A stretch of 54,865 nucleotides of DNA, from positions 1 to 54,865 of the forward strand of contig NW_014569513.1 in the NCBI RefSeq assembly GCF_000743755.1, in the 5' to 3' direction. Positions 24,506 to 37,123 of this stretch are shown in pieces. Made by a program: the position numbers and the translations under genes. The notes beneath the pieces are model-generated. The model was given only the letters and a program-made list of their open reading frames with translations. It searched no databases and was not told the origin of the DNA. Within the stretch, counting starts at the first letter, position 1. Each line of letters begins with the position of its first letter. Source of the stretch: Blastocystis sp. subtype 4 (lineage: Eukaryota).

Positions 24506-26055
24506 TTACAAACTGAACCAATTCCGAAATCCACTCTTCTTTGAACGTTTTGTAACCCGAATCTCAGATTTATGGGCTTGTGCTGAAGCTTCTTCAATGC
24601 TTATACTCCGCTTTGCGCTCACTGTTTCCACATTCGCCATTGCTGACAACACATCATTCTCACCCCTTCCTTCTTCCTGGATGATTGTGTGAGATACGGA
24701 TCGTGAATCAATCGAGGTGTCTCCAGAAGGACTATAACTTGTGGAATTCCTGCTAACCGGTATTCTTTCTCTATTCATGGAGTGACTGCATGTTTGATTG
24801 TAAATGGCTTGATGCTGCGTTGCCTCCTCCAATGTGCGAGAGAACCGCAAGTCATCATGAGCGGGGATCAATAAATCTTTGCGGAGATGACCGTTTGTTG
24901 TTAGACAGTGTTTAGGAAGCGAAGTAGATGAATGAGTGAGTGTATCAGTCATCCAATCATAAACCCCATCATTTGGAATGGACTATTGGGATGAGATTGA
25001 TCAAGGATGAGTCAAATACAGTACACAGTCAGTCACAATCATTCATGCCAGTCATATCACACTCACACTCCTCCAATTACTCACACTCACACTCCTCCAA
25101 TTACTCACATCACACTCCTCTTACCATTCTTTTCATCAAACTCTCAAATAATCCTCGCAGATAAACATAGTCAGGACAATCATCAAACCGCAGAGTACGA
25201 CAGTAGTCTAGGTACATCTGAAACTCCTCTGGATATCCTTGACATAAATGTTCAAACGATATCTATATGGAATTCGTAATGACAAAAGCAACCTCGATTT
25301 TGTATTCCATAATTCGAGTGTATTTCTCTTTCTTTGTTTCTGCTCTTAATCCTTGCCAAGGCAGTTTTCCTCGCAAAAAATACATCAAAACAAAACCAAG
25401 AGACTCCAAGTCATCTCGACGACTCTGTTCCATACCAAGATGATTCCCGAGTGACGCGTAACGAGGAGTCCCTGTCAAATTCTTGTTCTCTCGATACCTA
25501 CATTCAATCACAGACAACTTGAACATACGGGATATGAGCTTTCGTCACGGGGTTCCGAAAACGTTTACTCAGACCATAATCAAGAAGATAAATGACATTT
25601 GCATTCTCGTTTAAACCTATTGCAAAATTATCTGGCTTGATATCACGATGGATGAAGTTCATTGTGTGAATGTACTCCAATCGCAGTAACATCTCTTGAG
25701 CTAACATACATACTGTTTTTAATGTGAACCGTCTATTACAATAGTTGAAAAGATCCTCAAGACTCGGACCCAGTAAATCTAGCACCATAACGTTGTAGCT
25801 TCCCTCAAAGCCATAATAGTACACAGATGGAATCCCGACTCCACCTTTCAATAATCTATAAATCTTGTACTCATATTGCAACTGTGGATTTCGACAAGAC
25901 GCTAACTCTAATTTTATTGCAACCTCTTTTCCTTCCCGTTACTGTTCCCATACACACCTACCATTCGACACATCAGTACCTAAATAGATTTCCCCAAATG
26001 CACCACTACCAATCTTTCTCCCCAAATGGTAGTTATTTCCAACACGAAAGTCCAT
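24506..26055 (-). CDS. Casein kinase I
   Basis: [64 protein letters not shown]. Contains one unusually long intron (24983-25124). Confidence 0.95.
25057..25120. repeat. 24-nt tandem repeat (tcacactcacactcctccaattac, 2 full copies plus a partial) inside the CK1 long intron
   Basis: Identical copies at 25057-25080 and 25081-25104, degenerate third copy. Confidence 0.85.
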
Positions 26056-26272
26056 CTACTCTTCCGTTCAATTGTAGAAATAAGAAACCACCAAAACGAT
26101 TTGTTTTAGCCGATCCCTCCAAAGTGAGCAAATCAGAACAAATAACACAAGAGATAGACTAATAAGAGGGAATGATACACCTTTATTATCAACAGACTAC
26201 TGAACATTTTGTCATCAGACTTTCTTATTCACTGAACAAACACAAAAACTCATCTACAATAGTTGTACAGGC

Positions 26273-26877
26273 TTATTCTTCTTTTCCTTCTTCTTCCTTC
26301 TATTTTTCATTGTGACAACTCAACTCTTACCAATTGCTCTCTCATTCTTATCACCGTTCGATATTCATCATAATGCTCCTATTATTGAATCTTTCTAGCT
26401 ACTTCCAACTTTTCTCTTTTTCAAGAATGCCTTATGTTTTTCCTCATCGTGTCTTAACCTACTTAATCACCGATTGTTCTATCTCCTACTGCTCTTCTTC
26501 TTCCGACACTACGATATGAGCTTTCTTTCGACCCTAACTGATCAATTATATTTCATTTTCCGCACTTTAAGAGAATCATCGAGCTCCATTAGTCTTTTCA
26601 GTAATTGCTCTCGATTATCCTCTTCATTTTCTTCTGGATCTATATTTTAGACAGTATTAAATTCGATTTACCCTCTGGAATACCCAAACGGTTGAATGGC
26701 GTTTTGGGTTCATTGATTACACAACGTGTACCTCGTTCTTTATCATGCTCAGCAATTGTAGTTTCGTCCCAAGTCACTCGTTTCTTCCTATAGGATCATC
26801 CCAGTAATCGTTGAGTACATGTGACTCATATCTAATATATCGGACTCACTCTCTAATGCAGGTTTCAACGAATCCAT
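26273..26877 (-). CDS. PPP1R2: Protein phosphatase 1 inhibitor-2 (IPP-2)
   Basis: Not in the ORF track because the exons are tiny. Spliced KKRVTWDE (RVxW), INEPKTPF and FLEKRK|EHYDEY motifs. Confidence 0.8.
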
Positions 26878-27004
26878 TCGTTCTTGTTGTTTGTTCTTCT
26901 TTACATAAAACCAAGCTATTTTCTGTATTCCATTTTCCTTTCAACTTATAGTATCTTTGTTGAATTTGGCATTGATACAAAAATAGGGTTTTTATTTCCT
27001 ACTA

Positions 27005-27442
27005 ATGAGTTGTTCCCCAGAATGTCAACATGGGGGAATCTGTGATGAATTCTCATTGCTATGTAACTGTACTTTTCCTTTTACTGGAGACTCCTGTGAA
27101 TTCCTCCTAGATCCAGTTCGCTGGGTTCTAATTGTTCTTCTTCTCCTTCTTCTTCTTCTCTTGATATTCATTTTTTCTGTGAAATGGAAGGAGCATAAGG
27201 TAATGCAAAGGTAAGCATGAGGAATTGCACGATATGTAGAATGCAGAAGAAATCGAGGGCACAAGAGGATCCATTTTTATCAAGTCTATTCAAAATGCGT
27301 CCGATGCTTTCTGCGCATCATACGGTTCTAGGGGATCAGGTACAGTCACGCGATAGCTATTTGAAATCAAATCATCAAGACCGAGACCGGTGGTGGAAAG
27401 CTCGGCCAAAATATAGTAGTGTATCAACTCAAGATGAGTCAT
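27005..27442 (+). CDS. Small EGF-like domain, single-pass membrane protein
   Basis: CSPECQHGGICDEFSLLCNCTFPFTGDSCE EGF pattern, poly-Leu TM helix, one intron starting at 27211. Confidence 0.65.
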
Positions 27443-27490
27443 TGTCTATTTGTTGTATTTACTAAGGATTTTGATTTTGAATAGTAATTA

Positions 27491-27498
27491 AACAAACA
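27491..27498 (-). terminator. TGTTTGTT 3'-end motif of the large WD40 gene
   Basis: Exact motif on the minus strand; the T of TGC at 27503 is 5 nt upstream and in frame. Confidence 0.8.
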
Positions 27499-27502
27499 TA
27501 GC

Positions 27503-30500
27503 AAATACCAATATCCTTAACAAGAAGGTCATACCACACAGTCACCATGTCACTTAGCTGTAAATAAATACGCAATGCAGTTGGCTTCTTTCCTTCCAGT
27601 TCATCCCATGGCAGAATGATGATCTTGAAGTCCTTGTCTGTTTCATAATCACCTACACTGTGTCCCACATGTGCCAGTAGTACAGATAGAGATACTCCAG
27701 CATTCTTGTTCAAGTCGCCTCGAGTTCGACCATTTCGATACATCCATGAATTCTCTTCGGTTGGACTTATCCCAACATATCCACTTTGTGCAAGCGTCTG
27801 ACTTCCACACAGAATTGCATTTGTACAATTCTGACAGATTCTTAAGGCATTAGGAGGCAGATGTCGTTTAAGGATGGTGTCCTGAGAGAACGATGTTGGC
27901 ATCAACGACTGAGGAGTAATGATAAAATGATCCATTGTCTGCCAACAGCAACCGAAAAACCGCCGAATTCTGGATTTCATATTATCCGTAGGATTTTGGC
28001 AACACTGACATAATCCTGATTCTGCTAGCAGTGGTTGGGTTTCTTCCGATCGTTTAAATACAACTCGAGTATCTCCGAAGGACAAGGATGTGTAATCAAT
28101 GTCATCCACTGTATCAGAAGTAGGAACCAGAGACATTAATGTTGGTGATGAGGATACAGGAGACAATAAATCAGTAGAATGTTGGAAAATGAAGAATTCA
28201 GAGGTAATTCTAGCATGATGTTGACGATGTCGACATAAAGTGCAAGCATCTGCTTGAATTGAAGAATTACAAGGAATAAAGAGAATTGCAACCTTTAATA
28301 ATGCAATTCCAGAATAATCCTTGAATTTGTATTTCCCATTTCGGATCGATTTCATGATAGATTTGAAAGGAATATTGTGATCACTAAACAGATGAACTGT
28401 CATGATACGCTCTTGCCGACTGAGTGAACAAATGAAATAGTCCTTATTTTGGTTCAATTCGGTTAGGATCCCTTTTTCACTATCTGGCGTATATACTGCA
28501 ATCTTACAGCATTCTCCATTATGAATTGTCGTTTGACAAATCTTAGTTGCTGTAGCTAGCGAAAACACTTGTAGTACTCCTGTTCGAGACACTGAGAAAG
28601 CATAATGAGTGTCCAGATAAATTGTAGAGAGAGAAGAAAGAAGAAGGAGAGAAGACAGGAGGGAAAAGTATGTCGAGTCCCGCGGGGATGAAGCAATATC
28701 CTCTATCAAGGTAAGTACTTATAGGATTCAACCACACATTCTCATCACCTTCCTACTGTATTTGATAGTTTTATTCATGACATTTCGAAGGTTAATTTGA
28801 CTTAAGAATGATAAATCATTCATATTGTCTTTTAGAATCCCATTCTTGGCTTCGATCAGTGCTTCTAATAACACGTCTGCATACGGAGCCAGTAAGGGAA
28901 GGATGGTATGAAGGAGGAATTGAATTGATCGAATTCCCTTGGATTGAGTAGCTCGACTATGATTTATTTCTCCTTCTCTTCATTACTTCCTAACCACATT
29001 CACCAGCACATCAACAAACAGATTGGGAATCATTTCACACAGTTTGCTTAGGATCTCTGTTGATGGCATACTACGTGTGTAGATGGTAAGAAGAACCTCG
29101 CGGACACTCTGATTATTGCGAGAGCCATTGCGTGAGAGAACAAGATATGTCAGCAATAGTCTATCAAACAGTACAATTGGAGCATCTACTCATCATTCAT
29201 CTCTTCAAATCATACTGGGATCATTCAATACAGAAGTCACTTCATTCAATACAAGACTCGTCTCCTCTCCATTTAGACTTCGATCCTCTCGAACCATTCC
29301 ACATACACACATCAAAAGTCCATAATATTTCTCGCGTTCTACTGTCTTGTCCATCTTCTTCATACACTCAATCAGCTCGTGAATGCGCTCACTTAGACTC
29401 CATGAATTCTTCTCATACACACTGACTAACGTCTCTACATCTAATATATCGTCCATTTGCTTACTGAGAAGGAGTTCGGCTCCATGACAGAATAGGTTGG
29501 TATTGGACTGAAAGAGGAACGAACTTAACTCACATACATTCACTCCCTCATCGTCGCCTTGAACAAAATCACCACTACTTTTGGTATCATGATGAGTTGG
29601 AATTGGTGTGATTCCTGTCAATAATTGTGATCTTGAGAGAGAAGGAAGAGTCTGAGAATGAGTCGTATGAAGAATTAGGTTTGAAGTGAAGCTGGTTAGA
29701 AATTTGTTCAGAGTTTCACCTACAATAGCCACTCGTGATAATGAAGAGAGGATATTTGAGAAGGTATAGAGAGTATAATGAAGGAAGTCAGGATGGATTC
29801 AGTTAAGAGGATATTATACTAAGAGATCTGTTGTCATTATCGTGTTCATCTTGAACAACTGTGACCATAAACTGTTCTTTCCTTTTGAGCATTCTCCTAA
29901 TATACTCACAAATTTGGTACTAAGCATCATGCAGTCTTCAAATACTCACTTATTCACATTCCCTTCCAAGCACAAACGGAAACATGGGTTATCCAGAGAT
30001 ACACAATAGGGAGACTTAGCAAAGAGTTTCAACAGTTGTCGGTTCAAAGCGGCATCTTGGTTCCATGGAATAATAGTGTTTAATTGCTAGACATGAGGAG
30101 AGAGAAGAAGGAATGACTTGAAGAAGTGAATCCCATGTCACACGTTGACCATTTAGAATCACAGGAAGACTGTCCCATCCATCCACCAACCCACGGGAAT
30201 TCAGGAAAACAGCAACATCATGAAGTTGTGTGAGTAGATGAGGGAATGGTAAGGTGAGAATAACAGAAGGATGAGTGTGTGAAGTGATGAGAGAGAGAGG
30301 CTGAATGAATGCTGATACCTAGATAAGAGAGAAATGATAACCATACAGGAATCGATGTGAGTGTGATAGAGTGACTGACTGATGCAATTGGCATATCTTC
30401 CTGCAATTTCAATTGAGCGAGAGCCACAGCATCTATTTCTCCTCGTAAGTCCCATACACAAGAGATATGAAGTTTACCATTCTCGTCATGTTCTCTCACA

Positions 30501-33114
30501 CACAAACGGATCTCTTGAATGGTTGTTTGCTCCATAAACTCGATTTCAGCTCCTTGTAATGAACCAGGCTCTACACGAAAGAGACCCACGAAAATGTCTT
30601 TGAAGGCACAGGACTCAGAGCTGTTGATTGATATGGTCTCACCGAATTGTGATGAAGGGAAGGACAGGGTCTCTGGATGCGAGACAAAGGATACAGCCGT
30701 GGACTGAGAGAGAGCGACTTCAACACGTGTCTGATTCGACGTATAGGAATTGGAATCATCTGTTATTGAGGCATGGGACTGAAGAGGAGGAAGAGGTAAC
30801 ACCTGATTGGATGTCATGGGAGCGACAACGGAAGGATCGTACTGGATAGGATTTGAATGAATCGAATGTGTTTGCGAATCCCAGAAAATGAAGAGAGAGT
30901 AAAGAATGCCAACAGAACAGTTCACACAACTCAATACGAATCCTGTTAGATCCCGTGAATATGAGCTCAGACAACTGGTTCGACTTCCATGATGGCACTG
31001 ACCATCACTCTCAACTCGTACTCCCTCATAAACATCGCTTAAGATACATTTGTCCAACGAAGTATCCATCACATTCACATCAAACAAAACTCTGCCCTCT
31101 TTCTCATCCACAATTAACAGTCGACCTCGTTCTGTTCCAATCACAATCAGCCGTGTCATCACAATATCACTTCCACTCACGCTTGGTGAATTGTTCACAT
31201 CAGCACTCACACAATCATACTGATAACTCTCTGGGAAACTCACACCCGAGGGACTCAAAGTTCCCACACTACGCATCGAACCCTGAGACTCTTCACTCTC
31301 ACAAGGAGAACGAAGAGCTTTGACTGGTTTGGGGTGTTTTATTGGAATGACAAATTTCGTAGCTTGAATGAAAGTGACACGATCATAGATTGTTAGAGAC
31401 CAGATTTTGGCAGGAATTGTGACATTCCAATTCTCGATCACTCCCTGAGGATTGACAATCACTACAAGAAGTTCAGATTCTGAAGCAGGCAATTGATAGA
31501 CTTGTGAAAGAGGAGTTTCATTGTGATGACGAATAGTTTGTTGAATTAGGGGACATAATAGATAAGATGACCCATATCTGCAAATAGGGTCAACGGTCCC
31601 TTGACAGCAATTACACAAAATGCCCTGATTCTTGGAATTCAATGCAGTTTGAAGTCGATCATTGAACGAAACTTCCCATCCATTCTCAAATTGCTCAGCA
31701 TTCATGATTCCTGATTCGCTGGGTCTCAACATATCACTCAACCGAGGCAGACTCATATCACTAAGTCTCAGTCCTGTCATATCACTCATTCTCACACTGT
31801 CACTTCCTCTCCCATCATCACTCGTACTATCTCCGCCTCGAATACTGCGTTGATGAGACGGAGATGTCGTAGGAGGGACGAGAGACCAGATACACACCAA
31901 CTTCTCGTTGTTGTCCTCCACCAAACTCAGTAGTTTCCCTTTTCTATTTAACAAATGTGAAACCCGACTGGCAGCCGATGGAAGTGGGATGTGCCAGTGA
32001 GGACATACAGGCTCAGAGAATGCTGCAAACTGTGTTGAGGTGAATCCCAGAAGCACATCTGAGTTCCGACAGCTACATATCAGGATCAATGAAGACAATA
32101 CTGATAGGAAATACAGACACATTCATTGCAGACACTAATGTCTGAAATCGACTCCAAATCTGTCATTCCAGAAATCTTGCTGAAACTACTCAACAATACA
32201 CACGAATCTTGGATTGTATCCAAGAGATAGAGACCTCCCTTCGACAACACTAAATAGGACCGTCCAATCAACTGGGTAATCTTTGAATTCCCATTTTCGA
32301 ATCCACTTGACTCCAGAGTGATTAATTTAACGACCACAAAGAGAGAAAGATTGTAGTATACTAACTGACCTGAAGAGAACAATACGAAGAGAAGATTAGC
32401 TATTCCTTAATCACACCTACTATTCCCACGATTGGTCGAATCTAAAAGCACGCATTCTACAGTTGCGTTCACTTCAGGCTTTATGACTCCTTTCAAGGTC
32501 ATTTCTAGATGTCACGACGATGGTTCGCTTACTATCCAGTGAATAACACTCGATAGTTCCATTGGTAGCTGCCACAACGACAACATTCTGATCCACACGA
32601 ACTTGGATGGCACAGTACGACTCTACCCAATAATCTCAGAGTTATGAGAAACTACCCGAATTATTTAAATGGAGTGCTCGAATACACACTTTCTCCGAAA
32701 GACTCCAAAAACTAATAAATCCATCTTCTGAGATGGCAGCGAGAAATTCCTTATTATCCTAAACAGTTACATTCCTTCATTGATCTCCACATGGTTATAT
32801 AGCGCAACATCACGAATAGGAGCATTATGTATATAAAAACTTATATCTGGATTCATAATATCCCTAAATTTCACGTTCAATCCATTCAATCACTCTTTAT
32901 CGCCCAAGACACTTGAAACAGTCTTTTCAACGAAGAAGGATTTTATAATCTATGTCCATTACATTGAGAGGTACAAATCCAATACAGATAGTACATTTCC
33001 AGCGACATTCCTCTGCACAGCTACAAGTGTGCCACTATTCTCAAAGGCACGTAAAATGGAATAGGTATCCTCTCTATCTTCCAAAGAAACAAGAGCAATC
33101 GATAAGGATGCCAT
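27503..33114 (-). CDS. Very large WD40 protein, WDR7/Rabconnectin-3beta-like, with C-terminal Cys cluster
   Basis: N-terminal HNAPIRDV...LAAISEDGFISFWSL, VIGTERGRLLIVD, CVWDLRGEI, helical middle, C-terminal WD repeats (TGVLQVFSLATATKICQTTIH). Treating it as a single gene and the orthology are both inferred. Confidence 0.5.
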
Positions 33115-33133
33115 AATCTATATAAAAGAAAAA

Positions 33134-33215
33134 CGACAACGACGTGATTCGAACACGCGCGGGTAATACCCATTAACTTAGCAGGCTAACGCCTTAACCA
33201 CTCGGCCACGTTGTC
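33134..33215 (-). tRNA. tRNA-Ser(GCT)
   Basis: Reverse complement GACAACGTGGCCGAGTGGTTAAGGCGTTAGCCTGCTAAGTTAA...GTTCGAATCACGTCGTTGTCG. Anticodon GCT, long variable arm, T-run terminator. Confidence 0.95.
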
Positions 33216-33267
33216 TTGGATCGAAACTCGAAATTGATCCTAATAAGATACTGGTAGATCGCTAAGA

Positions 33268-34635
33268 ATGGAATCAGAAATGCTCGTTCCATTCCCTTTT
33301 CTCCTATTTGCTGTGGGTCTTGCAAATCATTTTGCCGTTATCTATGGAACTGTCGAGCCCCTAACGTCTTCGGAGATTCCTTCCACCTCTTGTCGTATTT
33401 ATGACGTAAGAATGCTTATGTTACCTGATGAAATGTAGTATCTTATTCGTTCTGGATACGATTCCAAGAATATTGTGTATATGTTGGATACCAGCGATTA
33501 TGATACGGATTGGAGCAACTTTTATCAGAATTGGTACGAGAAGGAAAACATTTATCTTCGCGATTTATTATATCGTCATTCGTGCGACCACGTTGATTTT
33601 CAAGGATCTTTTGTGACTCCATCCTTTCTTTTAGCCTATTTGAGTGGTGAGAAGAGTGTCGTATCAAAGCTGTCATCCCAGTCTTCGTTTAAGTGGTTCC
33701 AAGTGGATCTGTTTTGTTTAACTGATTTTTAGTTAACAGGTGATGATGACATTGTCGTCTATTTTTCAGATTCTCATGGTCGAGGCAGTCAGTTTTATCC
33801 CAATCGCTGTCTTTCTCCATCAGAAGTGAAACATGCATTTAATGAAATGAATCTCAATGCAAGATATAGTCATATGTTATGGTTAGTTGAAGCTAGTTAT
33901 GCAGATTGGGCGTTTCATTTAGTCAATTCTTATGAGAAAGTGTTAGTGTTGACTCTAAAGGATGATGCAGAGAGCAATCGCTTTGTGCATTTGTTTGATG
34001 TAAAAGATAAAACAAAATCGGGACGTTATTTGGAATCGGTTTGGGAGATTAACTGGGTTTCCCTACTTCCTCTTGCAGCACATCGCTCCATTCGTTATTT
34101 GGCGCAAACTGCATTTTCGGGAGTCCTTCAAACTCCTGAAGTTCTGCTTCGTCCTGGAGTGTGGGGGGACTCGCAATTGCTGAATGCCTCACTTTCTCTG
34201 TTTTTCCCAACATCGTCGAGTAGGTATGAAGAGGATGTGTGAACAGTAGAGGTTGAGCCTTTATACGAAGTACGTGAAAAGAAGGCAAAGGATACTGAAA
34301 TCCATACGAAGATGTCAGAAGCACTGTTCTCAAACTACAATCGAACTGTCCCTTTCTATCACACACGAGTGAAGGTCCAGAAATACTCCCGATTTTTGGA
34401 TCAGATTGTACATGAAGTATTTATGTCGAAGTTGGAAGAACAATCAGGATTGGAAGTGACGCTGGAAGGTTGTACAGAGTTCTTGGTAGAATCATTGATG
34501 AAAGATTGTGCTTATTACAGTCCTTTTATGGATCCAATTGTTGATACGTTTGCTACATTGTGTCGGAATAGAAAAGAGAATGGGATTTATTATGTTGATT
34601 TCAAGCCGTATTGCAATAAGCGTCAGAATATGTGA
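33268..34635 (+). CDS. Legumain (peptidase C13)-like secreted protein with catalytic Cys replaced by Ser
   Basis: Signal peptide, then NHFAVIYG, YLIRSGYDSKNIVYM, DFQGSFVTPSFLLAYLSG, DDIVVYFSDSHG and YSHMLWLVEASY, collinear with C13 motifs. Cys-containing C-terminal prodomain-like region. Confidence 0.7.
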
Positions 34636-34791
34636 TTGTGTGTTTGTTAGGAGCAAGTTCCTTCTATATGAACTAGGTGGTAGTTGAGTTGTTAGTAATG
34701 TGGCACATTATTCTAACAAACAAGGAATTCAATCTAGGATCTTAGTAACAAGATGCATTTCTCTAAACTACTTCATGTCCTCCTATACAAA

Positions 34792-35736
34792 TTATGATTC
34801 TGGTTTCGCTTCTGTTGTATCCACAGAATTCTCATTCAAGAGAATATAAGAACGTGTAGAAAAACCAAACTTCAACTCATCTCCCTCTCGTAGCTCTAGA
34901 AATGGCTATTTAATGGAATAACTACCATAATACCGACTTCCTTCAATCTTCTTCCCATTAAGAAATGTCCCGTTTGTACTATCTAGATCCATAATATAAG
35001 GTCTACATTATGACAATAACAACTGTTCCACACTTTATCACCATCCGACGGAATTCACTCTTATCACGACTATTCTACAAATAAGTATAGAATTGAATGA
35101 GAACAAGAGGAACTTTACGAAATTGAAAGACAGCGTGCTGTTTACTTATTGACTCGTGTAAGAGAATCCAATCACATACACGCTCATCACGACCAATCAG
35201 AAAGGCTGAACACCGATGAAGATATTTGGTATCCACAATCTTTCCATCCTTAAACTCATAGACTCTCCATTTGAGATTCGGTTTCGCTGCATCTGCTGGT
35301 TCACACCACTACACGATTACAAACAAATGGAAAGCACACTTTCAATAACACTCCATTGTACATTACACCTGTATTTTTGTCCTTGCCTAAGGCTCCGGTA
35401 ACTTTATAATTTGCTTCTTCTTTTTCAATCATCACACCGTCAGGTCCCATCACCATCTTCCTACAATTTAAATGCTTTTCTATCTATACTTTTCTTTGTC
35501 CTTCGTATGTTCTGAATGGCCATGTTCTTGGTGTTTCGCTGGACTAGGACTACGAGAGCTATAGGAATAGTCACTATAACTACCATAATCTGAGTAGCTA
35601 AGTATTAGATATTCCGTGAAACAGATACCTATACGAATAACTCCTTGAACGAGATCTCCGTTTCAACTCTTTTCGATCGCGACTACGAGATTCTAAATAC
35701 TCAAAAAGAACTAATACACAAACTAGAACGAGCCAT
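34792..35736 (-). CDS. SNIP1: FHA domain protein SNIP1/Pml1/DAWDLE-like
   Basis: RS-rich N-terminus, LSICL..VV.EPADA(A)KP, FLIGRDERVC, VSKQHAVFQFR, PYIMDLDSTNGTFLNG, ELREGDELKFGFSTRSY. Confidence 0.85.
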
Positions 35737-35824
35737 GAAAGAGATTTGAGAATTGGGACTCTTTTCGGAGTGACAGTTTTTGGGTTATGACTTGTTTGTA
35801 GTAAGGAGGTATTTATGAAAGGGG

Positions 35825-37084
35825 ATGAAACGCGATTCTCAAGTCTATTGTCCTAGCTATATAATCAAGACAATTCCATCTTCGGAGAAGACCCATCAGC
35901 GTGTTCCATCCCAAACTAGAGAGAAGACCCCCCGAGATGTTGGAAATAGTTATGTGACTGTTCCAGTATATAAGATGAATGAGAAGTTTACAAAGAAACA
36001 AATCAAAGATGCAGCAAGTATGTATAACATTCAATCAACTTCCTCTCACTCGTTTGTTTTGTCCCTAAAATCAGATCCTTCAACGCATATTGCAGTTCCG
36101 TATTATCGGACTATGGAAGTGTCTATAAATGGAAAACAGTGTGTATCCGTTTCAAATTTCTTTCCAGCATCCACTGCGCAGGCAACTCCTCCTCAAGGAT
36201 TGAATGTGTTGGTTTTGAGTGTTGAGAGTTCCTAATAGGATTGGTCAAACAGCCCACTTAATTCCTGTCGACAACGACAGTCTTTGTAATTTGTTTGTCT
36301 ACCCGGAGGTAGACTATCGTCCGGTATCCATTCCCTATCCAGCCAAGTTTCCTGCTTCTCCTCAACTAGACCTTTCAAGACCCTCTGCAAATTCCATGTC
36401 GGCCTCTCTTCGGCCTTCTTCGTTCCCGACACAACCCATTCTGCGAAGACAGTCTTCGGACTCTAAACGACCTCGGTTGGGAGAGAGTGAGTTGGAAGTG
36501 TCTCATTGGAATGGAGATACGTTTGTATGTGCTCATTCGAAAAGTGAGCGCTTCGATCCGGATGTAGCTGTGCAACAGACTGATATCCCTTTACTGCAAT
36601 CATTGCTATCATATATGAAGAAAAGAGGCTATTTGCGTGTCTGTGATATTAAATCACTCTTTCCAGACCAAGAATCTGTGGTGATTAAGTTAGCAAACCT
36701 TCTGTGTACTCTTCAGAGCCTCCAGTTTTGTATTCCTTCAGATATATCATCAAGTGAAGAAGGAGTATATGTGATGAAGAAGGAAGATCGTGAGGGAGAC
36801 GTTTCGGAGATTATTTCAAAGGATCTTGGTGACAAGGAGAAGGAAGAATTGGCAACAGTGAAGAGGAGAATTGAAGTGTTAGAACAGATGACTCTTTTGT
36901 GGGAACTTGTAGAATGCTTTAGCTGTAGAGACAGTGTAACGATTAAGGATGTGATAAGAGAATTATTAAAAATAGGTTGAAGTGAGAATGCAAATATGAG
37001 TTATAGATCCTTCGTTGCTAGAATCACCCTTTTACAAACAGCTCCAAGCAATTCCCATTGTGGGAGAAGCCTTCAATTCACTAT
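35825..37084 (+). CDS. Hypothetical protein
   Basis: Two long ORFs joined by short introns. The final exon after intron 36976-37006 ends at a T 5 nt before TGTTTGTT. Confidence 0.55.
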
Positions 37085-37088
37085 TAAT

Positions 37089-37096
37089 TGTTTGTT
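37089..37096 (+). terminator. TGTTTGTT 3'-end motif
   Basis: Exact motif; in-frame T37084 is 5 nt upstream. Confidence 0.8.
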
Positions 37097-37123
37097 TCGA
37101 CTATAAGGTGTTTCACAAACACA

